Shown: positions 39,484-49,150 of the stretch, in pieces
Numbering within the stretch: the first letter of the stretch is position 1
Layout of the letters: each line of letters begins with the position of its first letter
Source of the DNA: Candidatus Tayloriibacteriota bacterium
GTDB lineage: Bacteria > Patescibacteriota > Minisyncoccia > Phycocordibacterales > PALSA-1337
Assembly (NCBI GenBank): GCA_037129895.1
Contig: JBAXUB010000002.1
Coordinates: 463 to 64,462, forward strand
DNA: 64,000 nucleotides
Reading direction: 5' to 3'
Translations under genes and position numbers: made by a program
The notes under the pieces: model-generated
Database searches by the model: none
What the model saw: only the letters and a program-made list of their open reading frames with translations
Told to the model about the DNA's origin: nothing

Positions 39484-39927
39484 ATGCAGAAACAAAGCAC
39501 GGACACCTCATTCGAAGAGGCCATCCGCAAAATCTTTGTCGGCGAACGTGAGTGCCGACATATGCCGCAGGAACCCGTCGAAATGGGAGAGATCGAGTTG
39601 GGTGTGCTACAGAGCACAGTAGCCAAAGCACTCTATTCCCTGTCACAAGAGATGAGTAGCGGAGCGAGAAACTATATCGAAGGCCTACCCGACAAAGTTA
39701 CACCCGAGGAGAAGGCTGAACTGATACTTCAGATCGAAGCCAAGCTGCACAAGATCAAGAACCGAACATCGTGCGTCAGTAGTCTGTTCTGGGAATTGGT
39801 CTACAGTGAATTCCCCAAGTCCCGGTCGAAAAACGTCTCGATCGGCATCCGCGAGGGCTGGAAAGTTGTGATGTTCAAAAATTCCAACCCTATGGAAGAT
39901 TTCCTGAGAAACATGATGCAGGACTAA
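39484..39927 (+). CDS. Hypothetical protein (147 aa), GC-rich.
   Basis: ORF track. GC visibly above its flanks. Confidence 0.5.
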   Translation: MQKQSTDTSFEEAIRKIFVGERECRHMPQEPVEMGEIELGVLQSTVAKALYSLSQEMSSGARNYIEGLPDKVTPEEKAELILQIEAKLHKIKNRTSCVSSLFWELVYSEFPKSRSKNVSIGIREGWKVVMFKNSNPMEDFLRNMMQD

Positions 39928-40094
39928 TACTTGACCTCGAGTCAAGTCCACACAGGCGTCGCTATATTATATGCGGCGCTTTTTTATATCGATATCGCAC
40001 AAACCAGACCTGTGTTATAGTGAAAAAAGCAAGATTTCGATCTTTAACAAATACAGGAGTTCTCGCCTTTACGAGAACAGAATTGGAGAACTTT

Positions 40095-41519
40095 ATGACG
40101 AACATCATGAACTTACGAAAGATACGTATTGTCATGGGCGGAATGGGGTTTTATATCTCTACACTCATGGCAAACCTGGTTTCGAGATTGGGTGGACTTG
40201 GCACCGTTTCTGGTGTCGCACCTGAACTCATACTACCGATATTACTCGGCAAAGGCGATGTAGATGGAAGCTGTCGCAGAGCTCTGTCACATTTTCCATT
40301 TCCTCATATCGCACAGATGGTACTCGATGCATACTACATCGGAGCTGGAAACCCACTAGGCAAGAAACCTAGAGGAACTCCCTTCTTCGCAGTAGAGCCT
40401 AGTGAGATGGCAGCGGCTCTCAGTATATGCGGAAACTTCGTTTTCGTCTGGTTGGCAAAAGAAGGACATACGAATCCAGTAGCCATCAACTACCTGGAGA
40501 AGATATCCCTACCGATGCCGACGGCCATAACTGGAGCAATGCTCGCAGGAGTCGATGTCATCGTAGTTGGTGCGGGAATACCGAACCAGATACCTGATGT
40601 CATAGACGCAGTCAATGAGTGGCGCGAAGTTACCTATAGAGTTCCAGTAACCGGAAATATGGGTAGCTACACGGTCAAGTTTGACCCAACAAAGTTCCTT
40701 GGCGAGAGGCCAGAGAATTTGGCAAAACCACTATTCATGCCAATAGTTTCTTCCAATCTGCTCGCATGGGCATTGAAGAAAAAACTTGGAAACAGGATCG
40801 ATGGTTTCATCGTCGAAGAATCAACCGCTGGTGGGCACAACGCACCACCGAGAAGACATGGAGTAGATGCAACTGGTGAACCGATATACGACGATGCTGA
40901 TCAAGTTGATCATGCAAAGTTAGCTAGCCTCGGTATGCCTTTCTGGATCGGCGGTTCGAAAGCCTCTCCAGAAGGTTTGGAACTGGCACTGAATAAAGGC
41001 GCCTGTGGTATCCAAGTCGGTACCGCACTAGCCTTGTGTGAAGAGTCTGGCTTGAGAGCCAATATTCGCAAAGAAGTCAGGAGACTGGCCTTCCGAGGTG
41101 AACTCTCAGTCAGGGCTAGTTTACAAGCTTCACCTACAGGTTTTCCATTCCAAGTCGCTGATTTGGAAGGATCACTATCAAGGTCTGAAGTCTTGTCATC
41201 CGTAGAACGAAATTGTATATACGGCGTTCTACGTGAACTTTACGAGAAACCTGACGGTTCAGTGGGCTACAGGTGTTCAGCTGGTCCGATCGACAAATTC
41301 ATCGAAAGTGGTGGGGATGTCTGTGCCACTAACTCCAGTTGCTTGTGTGCTGGGCTCATGCAGGTTTCATGCCTCGGTGATGGTAGTTATCCACCTATCG
41401 TGACCTTGGGTAAAGATGCGATACGTATCGCTCAAACACTCATGAAGAATGAGGACGACGTGATCCACGTGCAAGATGTATTCAACTATATTCTGGCGCA
41501 ATCGGTAAAGTCCGAGTAG
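40095..41519 (+). CDS. Nitronate monooxygenase / 2-nitropropane dioxygenase-family (NMO) FMN oxidoreductase with a C-terminal extension. GC-rich.
   Basis: IRIVMGGMGFYISTLMANLVSRLGGLGTVSG and IVEESTAGGHNAP motifs. Start moved to the internal Met with SD GGAGAA. A terminator follows at 41566-41593. Confidence 0.55.
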   Translation: MTNIMNLRKIRIVMGGMGFYISTLMANLVSRLGGLGTVSGVAPELILPILLGKGDVDGSCRRALSHFPFPHIAQMVLDAYYIGAGNPLGKKPRGTPFFAVEPSEMAAALSICGNFVFVWLAKEGHTNPVAINYLEKISLPMPTAITGAMLAGVDVIVVGAGIPNQIPDVIDAVNEWREVTYRVPVTGNMGSYTVKFDPTKFLGERPENLAKPLFMPIVSSNLLAWALKKKLGNRIDGFIVEESTAGGHNAPPRRHGVDATGEPIYDDADQVDHAKLASLGMPFWIGGSKASPEGLELALNKGACGIQVGTALALCEESGLRANIRKEVRRLAFRGELSVRASLQASPTGFPFQVADLEGSLSRSEVLSSVERNCIYGVLRELYEKPDGSVGYRCSAGPIDKFIESGGDVCATNSSCLCAGLMQVSCLGDGSYPPIVTLGKDAIRIAQTLMKNEDDVIHVQDVFNYILAQSVKSE

Positions 41520-41565
41520 AAATACAAAGACGCCGAATGACTATGAATATCGCTGTTCACACACA

Positions 41566-41593
41566 CCGCCGAGAAATATTTCGGCGGTTTTTT
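41566..41593 (+). terminator. Terminator: CCGCCGA...TCGGCGG followed by T6.
   Basis: Seen directly in sequence. Confidence 0.7.
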
Positions 41594-41614
41594 ATACAAA
41601 TATTTGTTGAATCA

Positions 41615-42050
41615 TTAATTACAAAAAAGGCCCACACAAGTGCAGGCCCGATCGACTACAAAACAAGATGAACTGGGGCTCGGACCCAACTCAGGAATCA
41701 GGATAGAAATGTACGAAATCATGATGAGTCCGGTCAGGTCCCGGTAACCAAACAGCCAAGCAATGATTGCCCAAACTATCACGCCCGCGTGAATTGCCAT
41801 CAGGAAAACAAACTGGTTTATCCCAGATCGCGGATAACTCACGTTCTGACTGCCGAACGATCAGTGCGAAATCTTCTGGAGCAACACCCTGAGGGCATTT
41901 GATATAACAAACATTCCATTTGTTACGATGAACGACACTGACGTGACCAAAAACTGGTATTCGCGGATATGCCGAAATGAGATTATCGAACAGCATTTCC
42001 TCCAAGACCAAAGGATCATTGGTTGGTCGGACTACAGGCTCAGTATTCAT
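41615..42050 (-). CDS. Hypothetical gene with two overlapping reading frames: 41691..42050 (119 aa, soluble N-terminal domain) and 41615..41842 (75 aa, GTG start, 2 TM). Either a frameshifted or pseudogenised gene, or only one frame is real.
   Basis: ORF track plus manual frame check. The frames overlap by 150 nt. GC-rich. Confidence 0.3.
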
Positions 42051-42174
42051 TTTATTAGTATTTTTTTACTGAAACAAATTGCGCATTCACCATGTATACT
42101 ATGGACGCGCGCAAAATCTATAGTCAATACTACTCCGAACTAGGTTCGAGTCAATCGATTGACGCATCAATATT

Positions 42175-42780
42175 CTACTTTTTCTTCGTGTTCTTCTTCC
42201 TAGCCAACAGCCATTTTGGTGGTTTTGTGAAAGTTATGGATTCCCAATGGCATATTTCTTCATCGGTAAAATCATAGAGCAATTGATAGACTGGCTCAAC
42301 ACTGCCGTGCATGACTTCATCCCAATTCAGATCCAATTCCTTGGCAACAGCTCTCACAACCTTTTCTGATGGGCCCTCCAATTCGACGACAGTTGGTACC
42401 CACGGCCATGTATCTATCGTTATCTCAACTTTCTTGTAGAACCACTTTTCCCTTTTTGTTTCTTGATATGATTTCGGTACAAGTCCTACATGTTCCATCA
42501 ATTTACATGTATCTTCGAAATGAGTGACATTCACTGTGAGCTCACTAGTCCCATGAAGTGACCTATCCTTCAATTGTTTGTAACTCAATGTGATTTTGTC
42601 ACCCTCATCACGGACCCTAACCCATGCACCTTTGCTACCCAATGCCCCACCAGGAAGATCGAATGTCTTCCTTTTCATTGATAATTCAGGATGGCCTAAC
42701 TTGGCACCTAACTTTTTCAATTTGGCACGAAACTTTTTTGCATCGATATTAGGGAATTTTGCTTCTATTTCTGTTTGCAT
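42175..42780 (-). CDS. CYTH-domain protein (triphosphate tunnel metalloenzyme / class IV adenylate cyclase-like).
   Basis: N-terminal EIEAKF signature. Confidence 0.7.
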   Translation of the reverse strand: MQTEIEAKFPNIDAKKFRAKLKKLGAKLGHPELSMKRKTFDLPGGALGSKGAWVRVRDEGDKITLSYKQLKDRSLHGTSELTVNVTHFEDTCKLMEHVGLVPKSYQETKREKWFYKKVEITIDTWPWVPTVVELEGPSEKVVRAVAKELDLNWDEVMHGSVEPVYQLLYDFTDEEICHWESITFTKPPKWLLARKKNTKKK

Positions 42781-42816
42781 GGGGATATTATATTAGGTTA
42801 ATAATTTGTAGAAATC

Positions 42817-43065
42817 TTACCCCTTTTCGTTGATTAAATCCAACTTCTTGTCACGTTTCCAACTCTTGATCTCAATCTCTCTTTTCAGAGCCTCACTCTT
42901 GGTATCAAATTTTTCGTTATATACCAAAGTTACCGGTCTCCTAATCTTTGTATAATGAGCGCCAGATTTTGAGTTATTGTGACGATATATGCGGCCTTCT
43001 AGATCATTGGTACTACCAACATAGAGTGTATCGTCAACACATTTTAGAATGTATATGTAATACAT
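42817..43065 (-). CDS. GIY-YIG nuclease-family small protein (UPF0213).
   Basis: YYIYILKC...LYVGSTNDLEGRIYRHN. Confidence 0.8.
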   Translation of the reverse strand: MYYIYILKCVDDTLYVGSTNDLEGRIYRHNNSKSGAHYTKIRRPVTLVYNEKFDTKSEALKREIEIKSWKRDKKLDLINEKG

Positions 43066-43133
43066 CTATAGAGTCTAGCATGCGGGAAAATGCGTTCCCA
43101 CCATCTTCAATAATTTTTTAAATGAGACTACTC

Positions 43134-44447
43134 TTAATAGCGCAAGAAGTCTTCACTCATCTTTGTTATGACGTTATCCTCAAAATTGTAAAGTCTGACA
43201 TATGTCTGCGAAGTCGTAGCAGCATCTTGTGGTGTTATAACGACAAAATTCATAGTCGTCAATTTTGGATTCTTGTCAATCCATGTCCCAGAGTTTGCAT
43301 AAATTGATTTTTGCCCTTGGGAATTGAGAGATGGAATGATTTTTGCATCATGAGTATGTCCGAAAATAACGATCCTTTTGTCAGACTTAGGATTCATGAA
43401 ATACTGTGCTTTTGCCTGATTATCAGTCTCTTCTGCGACAGAAGCCCTCTCAATAGCTTGAGCTACGGGAATATTTACAGGCACTTTGTTCAGAATCTGT
43501 CTCTTGTTCCATGTATCCTGAATTCCTCTATATAATTTTAGATCTAGTTTTCCACCAGATATTTGCTGGTAAGGCACCAGATCATTGACTGAATATTTCC
43601 CTGTGAACCCGTCAACGTCCGTTACTATGACCTTCTCACCGAGATTTTCCTTTATCGGCAGATAATTCATCGCCCATTCCCAGAGTTTCCAATAACCGAA
43701 CAACAAACTTTGGCTATTATCGCCAGAAACATTTGGTGTAACTATTCGCATAGCTTCGCCCGGTTGCGTGGCTTTTTCTATCATATGCAGAGCGGCTATT
43801 CTCGTAAAGAAATATCCCGGGGGCATTATCGTCCCAGGCGCAATATCCTGGTTGGAGATCGGGTCCGGCGCACAGAAGAAATTGTAACGATGACCGTGCT
43901 CAATAGCTATCTTTGGAAATTCGGCCGGTGAGTAAGTACCCAGGCCTTGCTCCTTATCTCGCGCCTGATGTATTCCTGGGAGGATGAGATCTACATTATC
44001 CGCAGTTATCGTGAGATCATGGTTTCCAGGAACATAAGTGAGTTGAATCTTTCCAGACTTGATAATGTCATTAAAACCATCGATAACACCCTTGTTGGTT
44101 GTCGCGATACGTTGTACAAAATCACGCTGGTCCTTTCCAGCGTAAGTATTTACCGGAGCTGGTACATACCACTCATCCAGCAAATCTCCAGCGATAACGA
44201 GCTCCTTCACGTTTGACGAATCTTTTATCTGTTTAAGTAATTTTTCTAGAGAGGGAGTATTTTTGTTAAATTCGGCATAAGCGAGATCGGCACCAAGATG
44301 GAGATCACTCAAAACTACTACCATATTCCTCTCCTTTCCAGCATTATTGAAAGGGTTTGTCGAACTACCCACATCTGATCTGTTGTATATTGCAAATGCA
44401 ATAAAAAACGCCGCAATTATGATGACGATTGTATAAAATATTTTCAT
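43134..44447 (-). CDS. Membrane-anchored calcineurin-like metallophosphoesterase.
   Basis: VVLSDLHLG, GDLLDEW and VPGNHD motifs, preceded by a TM helix. Confidence 0.75.
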   Translation of the reverse strand: MKIFYTIVIIIAAFFIAFAIYNRSDVGSSTNPFNNAGKERNMVVVLSDLHLGADLAYAEFNKNTPSLEKLLKQIKDSSNVKELVIAGDLLDEWYVPAPVNTYAGKDQRDFVQRIATTNKGVIDGFNDIIKSGKIQLTYVPGNHDLTITADNVDLILPGIHQARDKEQGLGTYSPAEFPKIAIEHGHRYNFFCAPDPISNQDIAPGTIMPPGYFFTRIAALHMIEKATQPGEAMRIVTPNVSGDNSQSLLFGYWKLWEWAMNYLPIKENLGEKVIVTDVDGFTGKYSVNDLVPYQQISGGKLDLKLYRGIQDTWNKRQILNKVPVNIPVAQAIERASVAEETDNQAKAQYFMNPKSDKRIVIFGHTHDAKIIPSLNSQGQKSIYANSGTWIDKNPKLTTMNFVVITPQDAATTSQTYVRLYNFEDNVITKMSEDFLRY

Positions 44448-44575
44448 GATATTAAGCTATTGCATTTATTAAAAACTGATAAATATTGATACTACAATAT
44501 CATTATTTGCAAGTGCTTACAATGACTTGGTTCAACATATGATACACATCAGTCATACAATACTAAATTTATTTG

Positions 44576-44646
44576 CTGGGGGACAGGGACTCGAACCCCG
44601 ATACTGGGCTTCAAAGGCCCATGTCCTACCATTAGACGATCCCCCA
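44576..44646 (-). tRNA. tRNA-Gln (anticodon UUG).
   Basis: Manual fold: acceptor UGGGGGA/UCCCCCA, anticodon loop CUUUGAA, T-loop UUCGAGU. Confidence 0.85.
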
Positions 44647-44764
44647 ATATTCAACTATTCCCTTTATCCAGCCCGTAATCTTACGATTTAGGTCTGAACT
44701 TGCTCTTATATTAACCCGCAAAAGGCCAATATACAAGCTTCTGTTATATATCAATTTATGACTG

Positions 44765-45784
44765 CTACCCTCCGCAGACCTCCACAACAGCCAATTCCAG
44801 CGGTAATTGCTCGATTTGAGCTCTGCCAGTACCTTCTGCTGCATCTAGCATCTTTATGAGCATAGCGGGTGTCAGTAACTTCTTCGCGGCTTGAGTCTCT
44901 ATGAATTCCCAATCATCAGGTGATACACGATCCTTTATACTCTCCTTGGATGATGCGGAATGTTGCAATAATAGTATGAATCGCATCTTTTCTAATATGA
45001 GCGTCACGAACATGGTCATGGAGACACCAGCTCTTTCAGCATCACTGACACATTTCAATGCCTCATTGGAATTCTTGGCTGTAAGAGCCGCTATAAAAAC
45101 ATTCACAAGTCCCGCCCTCGGTGCTCCTGTTATATTCTCCACCTCTTCCCTGCTAATCTTTTTGTCCGGAGACGAAGAAATTACTTTCTCTAACATTCCT
45201 AGTGCATCTCTGAATGACCCATCACCGAGTAGGGCGATGAGATCAGCGGCACCCGAATCGAGTTCATAACCCTCTTTCTTGGCGATTCCGGCCACTTGTT
45301 TTCGTACTATATCTCTCGCTGGCTTTCTGAATGTAAATGTCTGACATCTAGATATTATCGTATCTGGCACTTTGTCTAGTTCGGTAGTAGCCAATATGAA
45401 TATGACATGCTTTGGCGGCTCCTCCAGAGTCTTCAGTAACGCATTCCATGCGTCTTTTGATAGCATGTGCACCTCATCGATGATATATACCTTATATATA
45501 GAAGAAAACGGAGAAACAGATACATGCTCTCGAAGTTCACGTATATCATCAATACCTCGATTGGAAGCAGCATCGATCTCGTAGACATCTTCATCTTTGG
45601 TACCGAGACATTTTGCTAGAATTCTCGCAACACTAGTCTTACCTGTTCCCCTAGACCCAGAGAAAAGATACGCATGCGAAACATGTTTGTTCTCTATGGA
45701 ATCTTTGAGGGCACTCACTATATGGTCTTGTCCGACAACTTCTGACCATTTACCCGGTCGATATGTTCGATATAAAACTGGCAT
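44765..45784 (-). CDS. dnaX: DNA polymerase III gamma/tau subunit (short form).
   Basis: GSRGTGKTSVARILAKCL and DEVHML motifs. Confidence 0.9.
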   Translation of the reverse strand: MPVLYRTYRPGKWSEVVGQDHIVSALKDSIENKHVSHAYLFSGSRGTGKTSVARILAKCLGTKDEDVYEIDAASNRGIDDIRELREHVSVSPFSSIYKVYIIDEVHMLSKDAWNALLKTLEEPPKHVIFILATTELDKVPDTIISRCQTFTFRKPARDIVRKQVAGIAKKEGYELDSGAADLIALLGDGSFRDALGMLEKVISSSPDKKISREEVENITGAPRAGLVNVFIAALTAKNSNEALKCVSDAERAGVSMTMFVTLILEKMRFILLLQHSASSKESIKDRVSPDDWEFIETQAAKKLLTPAMLIKMLDAAEGTGRAQIEQLPLELAVVEVCGG

Positions 45785-45830
45785 AGTGTAAGTATAAGGT
45801 ATTAAGTATAAAGAATAAAGTAATAATATA

Positions 45831-45866
45831 GAAAAAGACCCTTGGGGATGTAACCCAAGAGTCTTA
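45831..45866 (-). terminator. Terminator for 45885..46664: hairpin followed by a U-tract on the minus strand.
   Basis: Reverse complement AAGACTCTTGG...CCAAGGGTCTTTTTCT. Confidence 0.55.
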
Positions 45867-45884
45867 TAATCAAATGCTTACTGA

Positions 45885-46664
45885 TTAGATAACCCAACGC
45901 TCGGCAACCGCGATCTGGGCAAACTTCAGAAGCTCAGAAGGAGTCAGGCTATGTTTACGGAGCACTCGTTGTGCCTTTTTAACGGCAGGAGCAATTGGAT
46001 TCCAGTTAAAGAATTTCCCATCCTTTGAACTAAAACCTTTTTTGACGAGATCCTGTCGTAGAGCAATGAAGAATCGCTTGCGACTCTCGAAGAAACGCCG
46101 AGGAGAGATATTGGGTGCTTCTTCTGCAATGTTGAGTGGGTCGAATTGGATCAGATCACGAACTGTTTTCGTTTCCGCTCCCTCATCAGTCCACCCCAGA
46201 CAACGAGTAAACCCTCGACATTCGCGTTTATCCAACGTAGGAAAGATTTCCTTTGCTGGCAGGTTGAGAATCGCTGGTTTCGAGAGATGAACCAGAAGCT
46301 CATCGTGCGGCACGAGTGCAGGCCAGTCGTCAGGGGTCAGACCTAATTTGAGAAGCATTTTCTTGAACTCCTCAATCGGTTCCTTTCCCAATCCGTTGAC
46401 ACCATAATTCGTATGGGTTCGCGCGTGAACAAAACGATATGGATAGTTCCGAATCAGACAACCGACGGTTTGTATATGCTTATCCGTCTGTGCATGAAAG
46501 GCTCTACTCGTTTCATCGCCAGGTATTTCAATCATTTCTTTCCGAATTGGCACCATATCCTGCAGCCATTCTCGTTCCTTTCTCGCAGCCCAATTAGTGA
46601 GCGACCTAATGCCGAAGCTCGAAAGCTTTCGGCACAAAAGGTAATATTTTTCATGATTCTTCAT
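45885..46664 (-). CDS. Hypothetical protein (259 aa), GC-rich, with its own consensus promoter and terminator.
   Basis: ORF track. Promoter TTGACA-N18-TATAAT on the minus strand at 46739-46768. Confidence 0.5.
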   Translation of the reverse strand: MKNHEKYYLLCRKLSSFGIRSLTNWAARKEREWLQDMVPIRKEMIEIPGDETSRAFHAQTDKHIQTVGCLIRNYPYRFVHARTHTNYGVNGLGKEPIEEFKKMLLKLGLTPDDWPALVPHDELLVHLSKPAILNLPAKEIFPTLDKRECRGFTRCLGWTDEGAETKTVRDLIQFDPLNIAEEAPNISPRRFFESRKRFFIALRQDLVKKGFSSKDGKFFNWNPIAPAVKKAQRVLRKHSLTPSELLKFAQIAVAERWVI

Positions 46665-46738
46665 TGCAATCCTTCACTGGTGTATTGTTTTGGCACACCT
46701 ATTTAAAGCCTTAAAATTTAATGTTCTTACTAACTAGT

Positions 46739-46768
46739 ATTATACACTACTAGTAACCTAGCTGTCAA
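46739..46768 (-). promoter_or_regulatory. Minus-strand consensus promoter TTGACA-N18-TATAAT.
   Basis: Reverse complement TTGACAgctaggttactagtagtgTATAAT. Confidence 0.6.
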
Positions 46769-46825
46769 TAGCTATATAATCTCACAATTCAAACAAAAAT
46801 AGGCCCTATAATTAGGAATACCGAT

Positions 46826-46870
46826 AGAAAAAGAAAAAGGCGCGTCCCCAAGGATAGGAAGGGACGCGCC
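46826..46870 (-). terminator. Strong terminator for dus: 10-bp GC stem GGCGCGTCCC/GGGACGCGCC followed by TTTTTCTTTTTC on the minus strand.
   Basis: Seen directly in sequence. It lies 150 nt beyond the dus stop. Confidence 0.7.
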
Positions 46871-47018
46871 TGCAGCACCGCTCCGTTCCCAGGCAAGTGT
46901 ACGTACCGGGGAGGACCGAAGTCCGGATGAACTGGAGGAGGTATAACCAACTCATCGAGGAGGAGCTGCAAAATCAAAATTGGAAGAACTGATGCCTGTG
47001 CGATATATTACATTATTA

Positions 47019-48065
47019 TTACTTATTAGCAAGTAGGTACTCCTTTATGACCACACCCACTTCCCTAGCATTGGTCGTTTCCATCAACTTGCCACGCAAT
47101 ACTTTTGCACCATCCCAGCCAGAAGCATATGCTTTGAAGTGCTTTTTCATGACATTGAAACTCTTCAAATGTTTCTTGCCACAATATGTCTTGTCGAACA
47201 ATTTTGTATGTTCAAGTAGGATCTTGAGCTTTTCTTCCGGTGTCCTATCGATCGCCCGTGCTTTCACGATCTTTTTCGAACTTTTCTTTCCTTTTTCGAA
47301 AAACCACGGCTTACCGAATATTCCTCTACCTATCATCACTCCATCACAACCATATTTGGACGCGTACTCGCGAGCCTGATCGAGAGATTGCACATCACCA
47401 TTACCAATAATCAATGTACTAGGACTTATCCGATCACGCATTTTGACGATTTCAGGCATGAGATCCCAGTGCGCAGGTACTTCTGACATTTCCTTCTTTG
47501 TACGCAGATGGACCGTGAGTGCTGGAAGATCCTGCTTCAATAACGATTCGATCCACGATAGATCGATAGTATTGAAACCAATCCTGGTTTTGACAGAAAC
47601 TGCTACATGACTCATCGATACCCCTTCTCTAGCCGCTTCCAATACAGCCAATGCAGTCTTCTGATTTTTCATGAGGGCTGAGCCACCACCTTGTTTGACA
47701 ACGGCTCTATCTGGACAGCCCATATTGATATCCAAACCATCGAAACTGAGCTTGGCAACCAACTTTGCGGCAGCTTTCATCTCATCTGGATGACCTGTGA
47801 ATAGTTGAGCGACTATAGGTCTTTCCTTCTCTGAATATACCAGATCTACGAGAAGTCTTTTTTGACCAGCAGAATTCAGTCCATCCGCGGAAACGAATTC
47901 CGTCCACATTACATCGGGCTTGCCATATTTTGGGAATAGTTTACGAAAAACCGAATCCGTGACATTGGCCATCGGAGCAATCACAAAAAATGGTCTTGGC
48001 AATTTGGACCAAAATGTCTGTTTCTCAATCTGTTGATCTTTAGGCATGTCGCGACGTTTCGTCAT
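47019..48065 (-). CDS. dus: tRNA-dihydrouridine synthase with a C-terminal extension.
   Basis: FVIAPMANVTD, NMGCP and TVKTRIG motifs. Confidence 0.85.
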   Translation of the reverse strand: MTKRRDMPKDQQIEKQTFWSKLPRPFFVIAPMANVTDSVFRKLFPKYGKPDVMWTEFVSADGLNSAGQKRLLVDLVYSEKERPIVAQLFTGHPDEMKAAAKLVAKLSFDGLDINMGCPDRAVVKQGGGSALMKNQKTALAVLEAAREGVSMSHVAVSVKTRIGFNTIDLSWIESLLKQDLPALTVHLRTKKEMSEVPAHWDLMPEIVKMRDRISPSTLIIGNGDVQSLDQAREYASKYGCDGVMIGRGIFGKPWFFEKGKKSSKKIVKARAIDRTPEEKLKILLEHTKLFDKTYCGKKHLKSFNVMKKHFKAYASGWDGAKVLRGKLMETTNAREVGVVIKEYLLANK

Positions 48066-48148
48066 AACGCGACTTTACCATGTATTTGACATTCATTCAA
48101 ATTTCTAACATATATTACAATCCATTTTGTAACATACTCATATACCTA

Positions 48149-49150
48149 CTACTTGACCTTGGAGAGCAGTTTGACCACATCTGCGTCTCTCGCAGCACTA
48201 CCCAACACGATGACGGCATACTTATCCGTATCATGATCCATAGAGAACAGTGCTGCCCCAGTTCGATCGGCCTCAGGTGTATAACCATTCTTGCCTCCGG
48301 CATAATTCGACCAATTCAAGAAATGTGTCGGGTTGACCCAAGTATGAGAACGAACCGTCTTGGTCTTCATCTTTGTTATATCCATAATTCCAGGATCATT
48401 TTTTTCGATCCACTTCATTATGATGACTAGATCATTGGCAGTAGAGACGTTACGTGGAGACAAACCTGATGGATCCTCGAATGATGTTCGATATGCTCCG
48501 ATAGATTGGACGAAGTCATTCATCGCTTGTATGAATTTGGCTCTGCCATAAAACTGTGCGAACGCCTCAGCGGCATCATTACTTGAGACCATAAGTAGTG
48601 GGTAATACAGATCACTAGCTACGAATGTCTCACCCACTTTGAATTGAGCAGTATTACCATACGTCGCCATGATTCGCTGATTCATCGTGATCCGTGCTGA
48701 AGGACTAACCTTCTGTCTAGCCACTATAGCCGTAACCAATTTTGATAACGAAGCGATCGGCATGACTGTATTTGAATTATGTTCTAGTGAGACTATACCC
48801 GAATTGATACTCTTTACGATATACGCTCCGGCTGTCACATTGACCGGTGAAGCATCTGGTAATGACAGAGTAGCTGCACTTATCAGATCCTCTTCTTCAC
48901 TAGCTGTATATCGGATCATCCTCTTCAGACCAGATATAGTGGTACTAGCTGTGATCCCTGGGCTCAACGATATTGGTAATGATATAGAAAAATTTGCATA
49001 TTTGGAAAATGTTGCGGCCAAATTCGGTACTTTTACTGAACTCGCTGCTTGCGTTACTACTGGCCATGCCATACTGACTCCATGAGCAAAACCTACACCG
49101 ATCCCCAGTGTCGCCAGTCCACCAAAAACTATATAGAAGAATGACTTCAT
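48149..49150 (-). CDS. D-alanyl-D-alanine carboxypeptidase (S11/PBP5-like).
   Basis: ASLSK (SxxK), SSND (SxN), and a KTG-like GGKNGYT. Confidence 0.7.
   Translation of the reverse strand: MKSFFYIVFGGLATLGIGVGFAHGVSMAWPVVTQAASSVKVPNLAATFSKYANFSISLPISLSPGITASTTISGLKRMIRYTASEEEDLISAATLSLPDASPVNVTAGAYIVKSINSGIVSLEHNSNTVMPIASLSKLVTAIVARQKVSPSARITMNQRIMATYGNTAQFKVGETFVASDLYYPLLMVSSNDAAEAFAQFYGRAKFIQAMNDFVQSIGAYRTSFEDPSGLSPRNVSTANDLVIIMKWIEKNDPGIMDITKMKTKTVRSHTWVNPTHFLNWSNYAGGKNGYTPEADRTGAALFSMDHDTDKYAVIVLGSAARDADVVKLLSKVK

Noticed and set aside
42150-42163. 14-bp perfect palindrome GTCAATCGATTGAC just downstream of the CYTH gene, considered as a terminator.
   Set aside because: No loop (the stem closes on itself) and no U-tract on either strand. 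It is possibly a protein-binding site, but the evidence is insufficient.
46880-47018. SRP (4.5S) RNA.
   Set aside because: The domain IV consensus GGUCCGGAAGGAAGCAGC is not matched. Only a loosely similar GUCCGGAUGAACUGGAG is present.
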